DNA of 64,000 nt from Fidelibacterota bacterium UBA2242 (lineage in GTDB: Bacteria; Fidelibacterota; UBA2242). The notes beneath the pieces are model-generated. The model was not told the DNA's origin and did not search any database. It was given only the letters and a program-made list of their open reading frames with translations. Shown here one piece after another: positions 40,249 through 50,229 of the stretch (positions within the stretch are counted from its first letter, which is position 1; the number at the start of each line of letters is the position of its first letter). The stretch is taken from the NCBI GenBank assembly GCA_002347855.1, contig DDYE01000017.1, positions 271,685 to 335,684 of the forward strand, in the 5' to 3' direction. The translations under genes were made by a program, and so were the position numbers.

Positions 40249-41351
40249 ACGACGCAATACAGAATCTACGAGTGTTATTAGTCGGAGGATATCCACCGCC
40301 CTATGGGGGTGTAACTGTGCATATTCAACGTCTGCAGCATTATTTGAATAGAGCTGGCGCTAATTGCCTCGTGCTAAATCAGTTCCGTAGTGAGGGGCAA
40401 CCATCTGGGAATATAATTAATCTTTCTGGTGGGAGGTTGGCGCAGTATTTTAAGATGCGGGCTTTGTTAACCAGGACGGACGCTCAAATTATCCATTTTC
40501 ACTTTTCTAAATTGGGTAATTTCTTAATCGGGGGGAGGCATTTAATTAAAGCGGCTGGTAAGGCTATATGTGTGGCAACCTGTCATTCAGGGCAATTAGC
40601 GGTAGAGTTTGCCCACCGCCATAAATTTTATCGGTTGGCAGCAATTGATCTTATTCGGGCATTTGATCACCTGATTGCCGTGAACCCTCAGCAGGTGGAA
40701 TTTTATACTAAAGTTATTGGGATTGAAGCGATACGCGTCAGTCTAATACCAACCTTCATTCTGCCAGAAAGTAGTCAGATTGAATTGCCTCAAGCGATGC
40801 TTAATAAGGTTACTGCCCTACGAAAATGTTGCCGTTGGATTTTGATGGTCAGCGGTTATTTATTGCCATATTATGGTTTTGATTTGTTTCTGGAGGCAGT
40901 TGCTAATTTAGAACGACTCTATCATGCCAAATTTGGGCTGATTTTTATATTTTATACTAAGGCTGATGAGAATTATCGCCAATTATTATTAGCAAAAATT
41001 GAAAAACATGGTTGTAGTCTAGTCTACGAGAATATTAAGCCAAATGACTTTCTGGGGTTATTACAGCAGAGCGATCTTTTTGTGCGTCCTACTCTGGCGG
41101 ATTCTTTCGGCGTATCAGTCGCGGAGGCTTTATATCTGGGAACACCAGTGGTAGCCAGCGATGTCTGTGCGCGACAAGAAGGGGCGGTGCTTTTCAGAAG
41201 TGGTGATGTGCAGGATTTAGTAGCCAAAATTCGGGCGGTAATTGAAAATTATGCAAATATCAAAGCCACACTTACCGAAATTAATCTTCCAAATAACGCT
41301 GAGCAATTGCTGGCTTTATACTACGAGCTTATTAAACAGGGGGAAAAATGA
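40245..41351 (+). CDS. GT-B fold glycosyltransferase (GT4-like)
   Basis: N-terminus VLLVGGYPPPYGGVTVH. C-terminus ...LFVRPTLADSFGVSVAEALYLGTPVVASD matches the E(x7)E region. Confidence 0.78.
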   Translation: MNDAIQNLRVLLVGGYPPPYGGVTVHIQRLQHYLNRAGANCLVLNQFRSEGQPSGNIINLSGGRLAQYFKMRALLTRTDAQIIHFHFSKLGNFLIGGRHLIKAAGKAICVATCHSGQLAVEFAHRHKFYRLAAIDLIRAFDHLIAVNPQQVEFYTKVIGIEAIRVSLIPTFILPESSQIELPQAMLNKVTALRKCCRWILMVSGYLLPYYGFDLFLEAVANLERLYHAKFGLIFIFYTKADENYRQLLLAKIEKHGCSLVYENIKPNDFLGLLQQSDLFVRPTLADSFGVSVAEALYLGTPVVASDVCARQEGAVLFRSGDVQDLVAKIRAVIENYANIKATLTEINLPNNAEQLLALYYELIKQGEK

Positions 41352-43474
41352 AGCAGATTGTGCAACATTTAAAAAATGGAAGCATAGAGCTTGCGGAAGT
41401 ACCACGACCAATAGTTACCCGTGGTAAAGTATTAATCAAGACGCAGCTTAGTCTAATTTCGGTCGGAACTGAAAGGATGTTAGTCGAATTTGGTCGCTCA
41501 GGTTGGCTTGCTAAAGCCCAACAGCAACCAGATAAGGTACGTCAGGTTTTAGATAAAATTAAAACTGATGGTCTCATTGCGACGATTGAGGCTGTTACTG
41601 CCAAATTAGATGAACCAATGCCTTTAGGCTATTGTAATGTCGGGGAAATTGTGGAGATTGGCGAAGGTGTGACAGATTTACAAATTGGTGATCGTGTCGT
41701 TTCAAATGGTCCCCACGCCGAATTTGTAACTGTTTCTCAAAACTTGTGTGTTCGTATTCCAGACAGCGTGCCCGATGAAACGGCTGTTTTTACTGTCCTT
41801 GGTTCAATTGGTTTACAGGGGATTCGACTGGCTCAACCTAGTCTCGGAGAAACATTTGTCGTGACAGGTTTAGGTTTGATTGGTCTTCTGTCGGTTCAAA
41901 TCCTCCTGGCTAATGGTTGTAAAGTTATAGGTATTGATGTAAATCCCCAGCGAGTGGCTTTAGCGCGCCGCTTTGGAGCATACGCAATCAATGTCAGTAA
42001 AGAAGATCCTGTCGCAATCTGTGCTGCTTTGACGAATGGTAAAGGGGTGGACGGCGTACTGATTACGGCAGCCACTAAAAGTAACGAGCCGATTCACCAG
42101 GCTGCTCAAATGGCTCGTAAGCGTGGCAGAATTGTATTGGTTGGTGTAACAGGATTGGAACTCAATCGGGCAGATTTTTATGAAAAGGAACTAAGTTTTC
42201 AGGTTTCTTGTTCCTATGGTCCGGGCAGATATGATGAAAATTATGAGCAAAAGGGACAGGACTATCCTGTCGGTTATGTGCGCTGGACTGAAAGGCGCAA
42301 TTTTGAAGCAATTTTGGATTTAATGGCAACTAATAAATTAGATGTTCAACCGCTTATAAGCCATGTTTATCCATTTCAGCAAGCAGGCGAGGCTTACGAT
42401 ACCATAATGCAAAAGAGAGATGCGCTCGGTGTGATATTAGAGTACAAACCAAAAGTTCAAGATGAATCTGTGCGCATCGAGGTTAAGTCGGCAATATTAA
42501 AGACTGCTGCTCCCGCGGTCAATGTTGGCGTAATTGGAGTTGGTAACTACGCCAAACTTATGTTGCTACCGGCTCTTAAAGAAACAGGTGTAAATTTGAG
42601 CAGTGTGGCTGATATTGTGCCATTAGACGCAAGTTATGCCGCTCGTAAATTTGCTTTTCAGACTGCTACCAGTGATTATCATACTATTTTAGCTGATGAA
42701 GACATCAACACGGTATTTATTACCACCCGCCACGATTTACATGCCCGCTTAGTTTGTGAATTTCTTACTGCGGGTAAGAATGTTTTTGTCGAGAAGCCGC
42801 TGGCGTTGAATAAAGAGGAGTTAAGAAAAGTCGAAGAAATCTATCTGAAAGCCGATAGCCGCTTGATGGTCGGATATAATCGGCGCTTTGCTCCCCAGGT
42901 CATCAGAATGAAAGAATTGCTGATAGACAGAAGCGAACCTATTTGTATCAATATTCTGGTTAATGCGGGATACATACCGCCTGAACATTGGGTTCATGAT
43001 CCCCTGGTTGGTGGCGGACGAATCATTGGTGAGGGGTGCCATTTTGTGGACTTGATTGCTTTTTTATGTTGTAGTAAGGTGGTACAGGTTAGCGCTATTG
43101 GAGTTAGAGGCGATTATTTGCGTGACAAGGTCAGTATTAACCTGCGACTCGCTGATGGCTCAATCGGAACTATTCAATACTTAGCCAATGGCAATAAACA
43201 ATATCCTAAGGAAACAGTACAAGTTTTCAGTTCAGGACGAATCCTGGAACTCGTGAATTTTCGCAAATTAGTTGGTTATGGCTGGAAAGGTTTTCGAAAA
43301 TTTAATTTATGGAAACAAGATAAAGGGCATAAGGCAGAAATCAAAGCCTTTATCACGGCGATTTGCACTGGACAAGTTGCACCAATATCGTTCGAGGAAA
43401 TGAAAAACACAAGCGAAGCAACTTTTGCTATCATGGAAGCCCTGGAATCAAAACAGACCGTCGAAATAAAATGA
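41348..43474 (+). CDS. Bi-domain oxidoreductase (MDR alcohol-dehydrogenase-like N-half plus Gfo/Idh/MocA C-half)
   Basis: aa 1-370: GYCNVGEIVEIGEGV and VTGLGLIGLL (Rossmann fold). aa 385-708: VGVIGVGNYAK and FVEKPLA, the Gfo/Idh/MocA signature. Confidence 0.8.
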   Translation: MKQIVQHLKNGSIELAEVPRPIVTRGKVLIKTQLSLISVGTERMLVEFGRSGWLAKAQQQPDKVRQVLDKIKTDGLIATIEAVTAKLDEPMPLGYCNVGEIVEIGEGVTDLQIGDRVVSNGPHAEFVTVSQNLCVRIPDSVPDETAVFTVLGSIGLQGIRLAQPSLGETFVVTGLGLIGLLSVQILLANGCKVIGIDVNPQRVALARRFGAYAINVSKEDPVAICAALTNGKGVDGVLITAATKSNEPIHQAAQMARKRGRIVLVGVTGLELNRADFYEKELSFQVSCSYGPGRYDENYEQKGQDYPVGYVRWTERRNFEAILDLMATNKLDVQPLISHVYPFQQAGEAYDTIMQKRDALGVILEYKPKVQDESVRIEVKSAILKTAAPAVNVGVIGVGNYAKLMLLPALKETGVNLSSVADIVPLDASYAARKFAFQTATSDYHTILADEDINTVFITTRHDLHARLVCEFLTAGKNVFVEKPLALNKEELRKVEEIYLKADSRLMVGYNRRFAPQVIRMKELLIDRSEPICINILVNAGYIPPEHWVHDPLVGGGRIIGEGCHFVDLIAFLCCSKVVQVSAIGVRGDYLRDKVSINLRLADGSIGTIQYLANGNKQYPKETVQVFSSGRILELVNFRKLVGYGWKGFRKFNLWKQDKGHKAEIKAFITAICTGQVAPISFEEMKNTSEATFAIMEALESKQTVEIK

Positions 43475-45477
43475 ATCTTAGCCTTCCATTTTATCTTCTC
43501 AAAGAGATGGGACCGAGATGGGTTTTCTATCGTGGTCTGTACTGGCTTTACCAGCGTACTAGGCTCCAGCAATTATTTTTTCCTGCACGCCAAATTAATT
43601 TTCAGCAGTACTCAAAACTACCGCTTGATTTTTCGAAGGAAGAGATAAAGTCATGTTTAAATTTCTGGCTTGGCAAGGTGGATGAACACGCTAATCTCAG
43701 GAGTTTTTATAACGATTATCCTGAAATTCAATCTCAAATTAAAAATCGCTATACTGCCCTGAAAGCCGGCCGCTTCACCTTTTTTTCAAAGTTAGAATTT
43801 GATTTGGGATTGCCACCGAATTGGTTTTTAAGCCCACAGACCTCCAAAACCAGTCAGGCGAATTGCCACTGGACAAAAATTCGTGACTTCGATGCAAGCC
43901 TTGGTGATATTAAATTCGTCTGGGAATTATCACGTTTTGCCTGGGTTTATGATCTTGTGCGATACTATGTATTGACGGAGGATGAAGAAGCAGTAGAACT
44001 GTTCTGGTACTTATTTGAAGATTGGATTACAAAGAATTTTCCGGAAAAAGGACCGCATTGGAAATGTGGTCAGGAAATTGCCATGCGCTCTTTAGCGGTT
44101 CTATTCGTACTCCAGCATACCTTTTATGCTAAAGCAACTACCCCGACAAGAATACGTCTGGCTGGGGGCTTCTTACGGTATAATGCCCAACATATTAAGC
44201 GCAACTTTTGGTATGCTAATCGCTCAATTAAAAATAATCATACGATTAGTGAAGCTGCCGGTTTATATCTCATCGGTAATTTCCTAAAGTATCTGAAGGA
44301 ATCTGCTCAATGGAGAAAAATCGGCAAGCGTACTTTAGAACGGGAAATTCAGCGTCAGGTTTATATTGACGGAACTTATTTGCAGCATTCGTTTAATTAC
44401 GAGCGTTTAGTTGTCCAGTGGCTATGTGTGTGTCTTACCGCAAATAAATGGGGTGCAGATGAATTTTCAAGAGAAATTACCCAACGGCTAAGAAGCATGG
44501 CCGAAACGCTTTATCAACTCCAGGATGAGCATAGTGGGCAACTGCCCAATTATGGTGCAAATGATGGAACGCTTTTGCAGCCGCTAACATCCTGCGACTA
44601 TTTAGATTACCGACCACAGCTGCAAGCTGCCTACTTTTTGACCACGCGACGCCGTCTATATGTACCGGGCATCTGGGACGAATTATTAATCTGGTTGCAG
44701 GGAGTGGTTCCGGAAGAAACTGCCCGTGATAAAATTCAGCGCATCACCTCTGCTTTTGAAATTGGAGGCTACTATATTCTACGATTAACTGAAGATGAAC
44801 CTCATTTTATGTTGCGGTGTGCTAATTATCATCACCGCCCTGGGCATGCTGACATGCTTCACCTGGATTTTTGGTACGGCGGAGTAAATGTCCTCACTGA
44901 CTCTGGTACCTTTTCTTACTTTCCAGCGGATGAGGCAAAAATGGGCTTTGTCGAGACTAAAGCCCATAACACCGTCTGGGTCGATGGACGCAGTCAGATG
45001 GATCACTGGGGTGCGTTTCTTTGGACAAAATGGACTAAATCCAAACTGGTGCGTTTTGTCAAAGAAACAGAGCAAATCAAATGGGAAGGCGAGGTTTATG
45101 ACCATCAAGGAATAATCCACAATCGCAGCCTAATTCTGCGAAATGGTTTATGTATTGTCCGTGATCGAATCGTCGGCAATTTTAATTTTGCTGAGATTAA
45201 TTGGAACGTTAATGCTCTCATTTTATCCCAAAATGATTATTGGCAAATTCAGATTGGCGATAGGTCGCTTTACATTCTTACTAATTATCAGTTAGAAGCC
45301 ATCCCAGGTGAAATTTCCCGCTATTATGGTCATCTGGAAAAAATCACTCGTTTGCATAGTAGACAAAAATCAAACCAAGAGAAGGTAATTTGGGTAACAT
45401 TATTAGCGTGGAGTAATGCGGAATCACCCTTAGAAATTGATAAATTAAGACGACAATATTTATTTCGTGAAAATTGA
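43471..45477 (+). CDS. Heparinase II/III-like protein (no signal peptide)
   Basis: ATGA overlap with the upstream gene. NNHTISEAAGLY, HHRPGHADMLHLDFWYGGVNVLTDSGTFSY and TKAHNTVWVDGRSQ match the Hepar_II_III C-terminal pattern. The tracked start at 43363 lies inside the upstream gene. Confidence 0.78.
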   Translation: MNLSLPFYLLKEMGPRWVFYRGLYWLYQRTRLQQLFFPARQINFQQYSKLPLDFSKEEIKSCLNFWLGKVDEHANLRSFYNDYPEIQSQIKNRYTALKAGRFTFFSKLEFDLGLPPNWFLSPQTSKTSQANCHWTKIRDFDASLGDIKFVWELSRFAWVYDLVRYYVLTEDEEAVELFWYLFEDWITKNFPEKGPHWKCGQEIAMRSLAVLFVLQHTFYAKATTPTRIRLAGGFLRYNAQHIKRNFWYANRSIKNNHTISEAAGLYLIGNFLKYLKESAQWRKIGKRTLEREIQRQVYIDGTYLQHSFNYERLVVQWLCVCLTANKWGADEFSREITQRLRSMAETLYQLQDEHSGQLPNYGANDGTLLQPLTSCDYLDYRPQLQAAYFLTTRRRLYVPGIWDELLIWLQGVVPEETARDKIQRITSAFEIGGYYILRLTEDEPHFMLRCANYHHRPGHADMLHLDFWYGGVNVLTDSGTFSYFPADEAKMGFVETKAHNTVWVDGRSQMDHWGAFLWTKWTKSKLVRFVKETEQIKWEGEVYDHQGIIHNRSLILRNGLCIVRDRIVGNFNFAEINWNVNALILSQNDYWQIQIGDRSLYILTNYQLEAIPGEISRYYGHLEKITRLHSRQKSNQEKVIWVTLLAWSNAESPLEIDKLRRQYLFREN

Positions 45478-45479
45478 TT

Positions 45480-46709
45480 ATGCGTGTTCTTTATATCCAC
45501 CAATATTTTAATACTCATCGTGAAGCCGGTGGGTCGCGCTCATATTCCTTAGCCAGAGCCCTCATAGCAAAAGGACATCAGGTTGTGATGTTAACTTCGA
45601 ATCGCAATAATCCTGACCTACCAGCGGTCTACTCCTGTCAGATTGATGGGATTGAAGTCGTATATGTTAAGAATCGCTATTCGAACAAGATGGGTTTTCT
45701 GCGGCGGATTTTATCCTTCTTACATTTTATGTTCATGTCTATTTTGGTGGCCTCACGAGTGCGCAATATTGATCTGGTTTTTGCTACTTCGACGCCCTTA
45801 ACAGTCGGTATACCAGGGATAATTTTTAAAAGGCTTTATAAGGTTCCTTTTGTCTTTGAAGTTCGTGATTTATGGCCTGAGTTAGCAATTGCCATGGGAA
45901 TAATTAAAAATCGAATAGTTATTAATGTAACCAGCTGGTTGGAAGCAAAAATTTATCAGGAATCTGACCATATTATCAGTTTAGCGCCGGGAATCACCAA
46001 GGGCATAATTGCTAAAAGCGTTCCGGCAGAAAAGGTGACTATGATTTCCAACGGCTGCGACCTGAATTTATTTAGAGCAGAGGTACACTCACAACCATCT
46101 AACTGGCAATTTCAGGAAGAAGATTTAGTTCTGGTTTATGCTGGCACTCATGGATTGGCGAATGGTTTACAATGGGTGATAGAGGTAGCCAAAGAAGCCA
46201 AACTGCGTCGCCAAATACGCATAAAATTTGTTTTGATTGGTGATGGTATGACTAAGCCTGATCTGATTAGACAAAAAGAGCAATTTGAATTAGACAATGT
46301 ATTTTTTCTCGATCCAATGCCTAAGCAACAATTAGTCGATTATTTAGCAGCAGCAGATATGGGTATGCAATTATTGGCAAATGTGCCTTCTTTTTATTAT
46401 GGTACATCACCCAATAAATTTTTTGATTATCTGGCGGCAGGAAAACCGGTTTTAAATAATTATCCCGGTTGGGTGGCAGACTTAATTCGTCAATGGCAAT
46501 GTGGGATTGTTGTCAGATCTGATGACTATGATGATTTTTTCAGGCAAATTGAGCCGTTAATTACTAATCGCCAATTATTGAAAGCGATGGGGGAGAGAGC
46601 GCGGAATTTGGCTTCTGCTCATTTTAGACGAGATGAGCTTGCTACGCGTTTTGTCCAGACTCTGGAGTGTACTTGTCGTGAATATCAGGAGAGGAGGACA
46701 GCTATTTAA
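45480..46709 (+). CDS. WbuB-like family 4 glycosyltransferase
   Basis: MRVLYIHQYFNTHREAGGSRSYSLARAL and FEVRDLWPE are typical of the WbuB/GT4 subfamily. ATG 45480 is preferred over TTG 45474. Confidence 0.8.
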   Translation: MRVLYIHQYFNTHREAGGSRSYSLARALIAKGHQVVMLTSNRNNPDLPAVYSCQIDGIEVVYVKNRYSNKMGFLRRILSFLHFMFMSILVASRVRNIDLVFATSTPLTVGIPGIIFKRLYKVPFVFEVRDLWPELAIAMGIIKNRIVINVTSWLEAKIYQESDHIISLAPGITKGIIAKSVPAEKVTMISNGCDLNLFRAEVHSQPSNWQFQEEDLVLVYAGTHGLANGLQWVIEVAKEAKLRRQIRIKFVLIGDGMTKPDLIRQKEQFELDNVFFLDPMPKQQLVDYLAAADMGMQLLANVPSFYYGTSPNKFFDYLAAGKPVLNNYPGWVADLIRQWQCGIVVRSDDYDDFFRQIEPLITNRQLLKAMGERARNLASAHFRRDELATRFVQTLECTCREYQERRTAI

Positions 46710-47374
46710 TGGCTTCCTTAAAAGACATTGTTATTGTTGGGGCTGGGGGACATGCCAAAGAAATTGCTTATTTAATCGAAGCGATCAATCTTGAAAAACC
46801 GACCTGGAATCTTTTAGGAATGATAGAACGGGATGCGCAGAACATCGGGAAACCATGCGGTAAATATAGTGTTATTGGCGATGACACCTTTTTCCAAAAG
46901 CGTTATGCTAACCTTAATGTAGTAGTCGCAATTGGGCAACCGCAGCGAGTCAAACAAATTTATACCAGTTTGCAGAATGAATATCCGGAATTGCTCTTCC
47001 CGAATTTAATATTTCCTACCGTCCAGCCTGGTTTGCGAGAGGTAGCGATGGGAATTGGTAACATCATTTGCGAAGGAAACATTTTTACGACGGATATTCA
47101 ACTTGGCTCATTTAATTGTCTTAATCGCGGGAATAATATCAGTCATGATGTTAAAATTGGGGATTTTGTGACGATAAATCCAGGAGTTAACATTTCCGGT
47201 GGGGTAGTAATTGAGTCGGAATGCCTGATTGGTACGGGCGCAACGATTTTGCAATATTTAACAATTGGGAGAGGAGCGGTCGTCGGTGCAGGGGCAGTCG
47301 TTACGAAAAATGTTTCCCCATCTACGACTGTAATTGGAGTTCCTGCTCAACCATTAAAGAGAAAAATTGTTTAA
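46709..47374 (+). CDS. NeuD/PglD/VioB-family sugar N-acetyltransferase (hexapeptide repeat)
   Basis: IVIVGAGGHAKEI forms the N-terminal Rossmann-like domain. The C-terminal left-handed beta-helix shows hexapeptide repeats (GDFVTINPGVNISGGVVIESECLIGTGA). Confidence 0.82.
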   Translation: MASLKDIVIVGAGGHAKEIAYLIEAINLEKPTWNLLGMIERDAQNIGKPCGKYSVIGDDTFFQKRYANLNVVVAIGQPQRVKQIYTSLQNEYPELLFPNLIFPTVQPGLREVAMGIGNIICEGNIFTTDIQLGSFNCLNRGNNISHDVKIGDFVTINPGVNISGGVVIESECLIGTGATILQYLTIGRGAVVGAGAVVTKNVSPSTTVIGVPAQPLKRKIV

Positions 47375-48364
47375 ATGGAGGTAGTATTGCGAGTCTTAAT
47401 TACGGGAGGTGCTGGGTATATAGGTTCAGTTTTGACCCGGCAACTTTTAGAAAAAGGATATCAAGTCCGTGTCTTGGATTGTCTGAATTATGGAGGCGAG
47501 TCAATCCTCGGTGTTTTAAGCAATCCGAATTTTGAGTTTTTACGGGGAGATATTCGCAGAAAAGCTGATGTCGCAGAAGCACTTCAGGATGTTGATGCGG
47601 TAGTGCATTTAGCGGCTATTGTGGGCGATCCGGCTTGTGCCAAACAACCACAATTAGCGCGTGAGACTAATCTTAATGCCTCACTGATGTTATATGAACT
47701 TTGCCAGAATCAATCAAGCGTGAAGCGTTTCGTTTTTGCATCCACTTGCAGTAATTATGGCAAGATGGAGGGTAGCGATTATATTGATGAGACAGCGCCG
47801 CTTAAACCGATTTCGCTTTATGCCGAATTGAAAGTAGCTTTTGAGCAGCATCTACTGAGTTCAAAAACTCGTGGCGATTTTATCCCGACCGCCTTGCGGT
47901 TTGCTACCGTTTACGGGATTTCGCCAAGGATGCGCTTTGACTTGACCGTGAATGAATTCACACGCGATGCCGCTCTGGGACGCGAGTTGGTGATTTACGG
48001 TGAGCAATTCTGGCGTCCTTATTGTCATGTAGAAGACCTGGCACGGGCGTGTGCTTTAATTCTGGAATCTCCTTGCGATAAAGTAGATCATGAGGTTTTT
48101 GGTGTCGGTGATAAATCGGAAAATTATCAGAAAAAGATGCTTGCCGAAGAAATTAAACGCATTTTACCGGAAACAAAAGTCAAGTATGTCCACAAAGATG
48201 AAGATCCGCGTGATTATCGAGTAGACTTTACCAAAATAAAAAAGCAATTAGGATTCTCAATAACCAAAACCGTTCCACAGGGAATTCGCGAAATTGTCTT
48301 TGTTATTCAGAATGGTATTTTGCACGATCCCTTCAATAAAATTTATTCAAATATCTCGGAGTAA
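47375..48364 (+). CDS. NAD-dependent sugar epimerase/dehydratase (extended SDR)
   Basis: VLITGGAGYIGS, STCSNYG, and the YxxxK motif YAELK. Confidence 0.8.
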   Translation: MEVVLRVLITGGAGYIGSVLTRQLLEKGYQVRVLDCLNYGGESILGVLSNPNFEFLRGDIRRKADVAEALQDVDAVVHLAAIVGDPACAKQPQLARETNLNASLMLYELCQNQSSVKRFVFASTCSNYGKMEGSDYIDETAPLKPISLYAELKVAFEQHLLSSKTRGDFIPTALRFATVYGISPRMRFDLTVNEFTRDAALGRELVIYGEQFWRPYCHVEDLARACALILESPCDKVDHEVFGVGDKSENYQKKMLAEEIKRILPETKVKYVHKDEDPRDYRVDFTKIKKQLGFSITKTVPQGIREIVFVIQNGILHDPFNKIYSNISE

Positions 48365-48366
48365 GT

Positions 48367-49527
48367 ATGATTCCACTTTCTGTCCCGCACATAGCTGGTA
48401 ACGAATGGCAGTATATCAAAGAATGCCTGGATACTGAATGGGTCTCTTCAGCCGGTAAATATGTCGATTTATTTGAACAACAGGTTGCTAAACTGGCCGG
48501 TTCCAAATTTGCGATCGCTTGCGTGAATGGCACTGCTGCTTTGCAAGTTGCTTTAGAAGTTGCCGGTCTAAAACCTGACGAAGAGGTAATAGTCCCAACT
48601 CTTACCTTCATCGCTTCCGTGAATGCAGTGCGTTATAACCGAGCTGAACCAATTTTTTTTGATTGCGATGACTATTACTGTCTTAATATTGATAAAATAA
48701 TCGAGTTCATTCGACAGGAAACTATTTTTAAACATGGTGCGAGTTTTAACCGTAAGACTGGTAAGCGGATAAGAGCCTTGGTAGCAGTCCACGTTTTTGG
48801 AAATGCGGTTAATCTGGAACCACTGTTGGAGCTTTGTCACGAGCGGGGCATCCTTGTAGTCGAAGATGCAGCTGAAAGTATTGGTACAGTTTATCGCGGG
48901 GGAAAGCTGGACGGCAAAGCCACTGGTGTCGTCGGTGACATTGGTTTTTATAGTTTCAATGGCAATAAAATTATCACGACTGGAGGCGGCGGGATGATTG
49001 TTACAAATAATTCCGAGTATGCCGAACGAGCCCGTTACCTGACGACTCAAGCCAAAGATGATGAGGTTCGCTATATTCACCATAACATTGGCTACAATTA
49101 TCGTTTGACCAATATCCAGGCGGCCTTAGGCGTTGCCCAACTCGAAAAATTAGGAGAGTATATCGAAAGAAAGCGCACGAATTATCAATATTTTAAACAG
49201 GCTATTGATCAAATTCCCGGTCTCCATCTGGCTGAAGTTCCACCCTATTGTGAACCCAATTATTGGTTCTATAATTTGCAAATTGATAAGGACATCTACG
49301 GGCGGGATAGAGAAGAATTATTGGCACTTTTTACCGCAGAAAAAATTCAGGTGCGACCAGTCTGGTATTTAAATCACTGGCAAAAGCCTTATGTAAAAAA
49401 TCAAACCTATAAAATCGAAAAAGCCATCCAACTATTCGAAAAAACTTTGAATATTCCCTGTTCCGTCAATTTAACCACAGAGCAACGCACTAAGGTTATT
49501 GAGGTGCTAAAAAATGGTCAACGCTAA
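48367..49527 (+). CDS. DegT/DnrJ/EryC1/StrS-family sugar aminotransferase
   Basis: ACVNGTAALQVAL, IVPTLTFIASVNA, FYSFNGNKIITTGGGGMI (PLP lysine region). Confidence 0.85.
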   Translation: MIPLSVPHIAGNEWQYIKECLDTEWVSSAGKYVDLFEQQVAKLAGSKFAIACVNGTAALQVALEVAGLKPDEEVIVPTLTFIASVNAVRYNRAEPIFFDCDDYYCLNIDKIIEFIRQETIFKHGASFNRKTGKRIRALVAVHVFGNAVNLEPLLELCHERGILVVEDAAESIGTVYRGGKLDGKATGVVGDIGFYSFNGNKIITTGGGGMIVTNNSEYAERARYLTTQAKDDEVRYIHHNIGYNYRLTNIQAALGVAQLEKLGEYIERKRTNYQYFKQAIDQIPGLHLAEVPPYCEPNYWFYNLQIDKDIYGRDREELLALFTAEKIQVRPVWYLNHWQKPYVKNQTYKIEKAIQLFEKTLNIPCSVNLTTEQRTKVIEVLKNGQR

Positions 49528-50206
49528 TCGTTATCTGCAACGGTTAATTAAATATTCCCTGGATAAACTATTATCTATACTGGGTTTATTAATCACCTCT
49601 CCAATCTTTGTTTTTGTTGCTCTCATTCTAAAACTAAAGGGGCAAGATGTTTTTTTTAAGCAAGCAAGAGTGGGAGAGGATGGCAAAGACTTTTGGGTTT
49701 TCAAGTTCACTACAATGCCCAAAGGTTCCGAAAAATTAGGTTTAATAACGACTAGCAACGACAGCAGACCATTTGCGTTTGGGAAATTTCTACGGAAGAC
49801 TAAAATCAATGAATTACCACAATTACTGAATGTTCTCAATGGCAGTATGAGTCTAGTCGGACCACGCCCACTGGTTCGTGAACAAATAGAAGAAGGACTG
49901 ACAGCTGCTGAGATTAAAGCCTTCTATCGGATGCGGCCTGGGATTACTGGCGCAGGCTCGCTCTATTTTCACCACGAAGACCGTTTATTAGCCAACGTTG
50001 CTGAACCGCATCGGTATTATCGAGAAGTGATTCTACCTCAAAAAAAATCCATCGAACAAGCCTACGCTGAGCATTGGAATCTCTGGCTTGATATAAAACT
50101 ATTGTGGTTGACGATATGGGTTGTAATTTTAGATTGGATTGGTAAAGAGGTGACCGATGTTCAATTGGATCTTTTTAAAGATATTAGGAAAGCAGATGAA
50201 AATTAG
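49514..50206 (+). CDS. Small monotopic phosphoglycosyl transferase (PglC/WecP-like sugar transferase)
   Basis: A single N-terminal re-entrant helix, then KFTTM, INELPQLLNVLNGSMSLVGPRP, RPGITG. 230 aa. Confidence 0.85.
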   Translation: MVNANRYLQRLIKYSLDKLLSILGLLITSPIFVFVALILKLKGQDVFFKQARVGEDGKDFWVFKFTTMPKGSEKLGLITTSNDSRPFAFGKFLRKTKINELPQLLNVLNGSMSLVGPRPLVREQIEEGLTAAEIKAFYRMRPGITGAGSLYFHHEDRLLANVAEPHRYYREVILPQKKSIEQAYAEHWNLWLDIKLLWLTIWVVILDWIGKEVTDVQLDLFKDIRKADEN

Positions 50207-50229
50207 CTATTTAGTATCTTAAGGTATAT

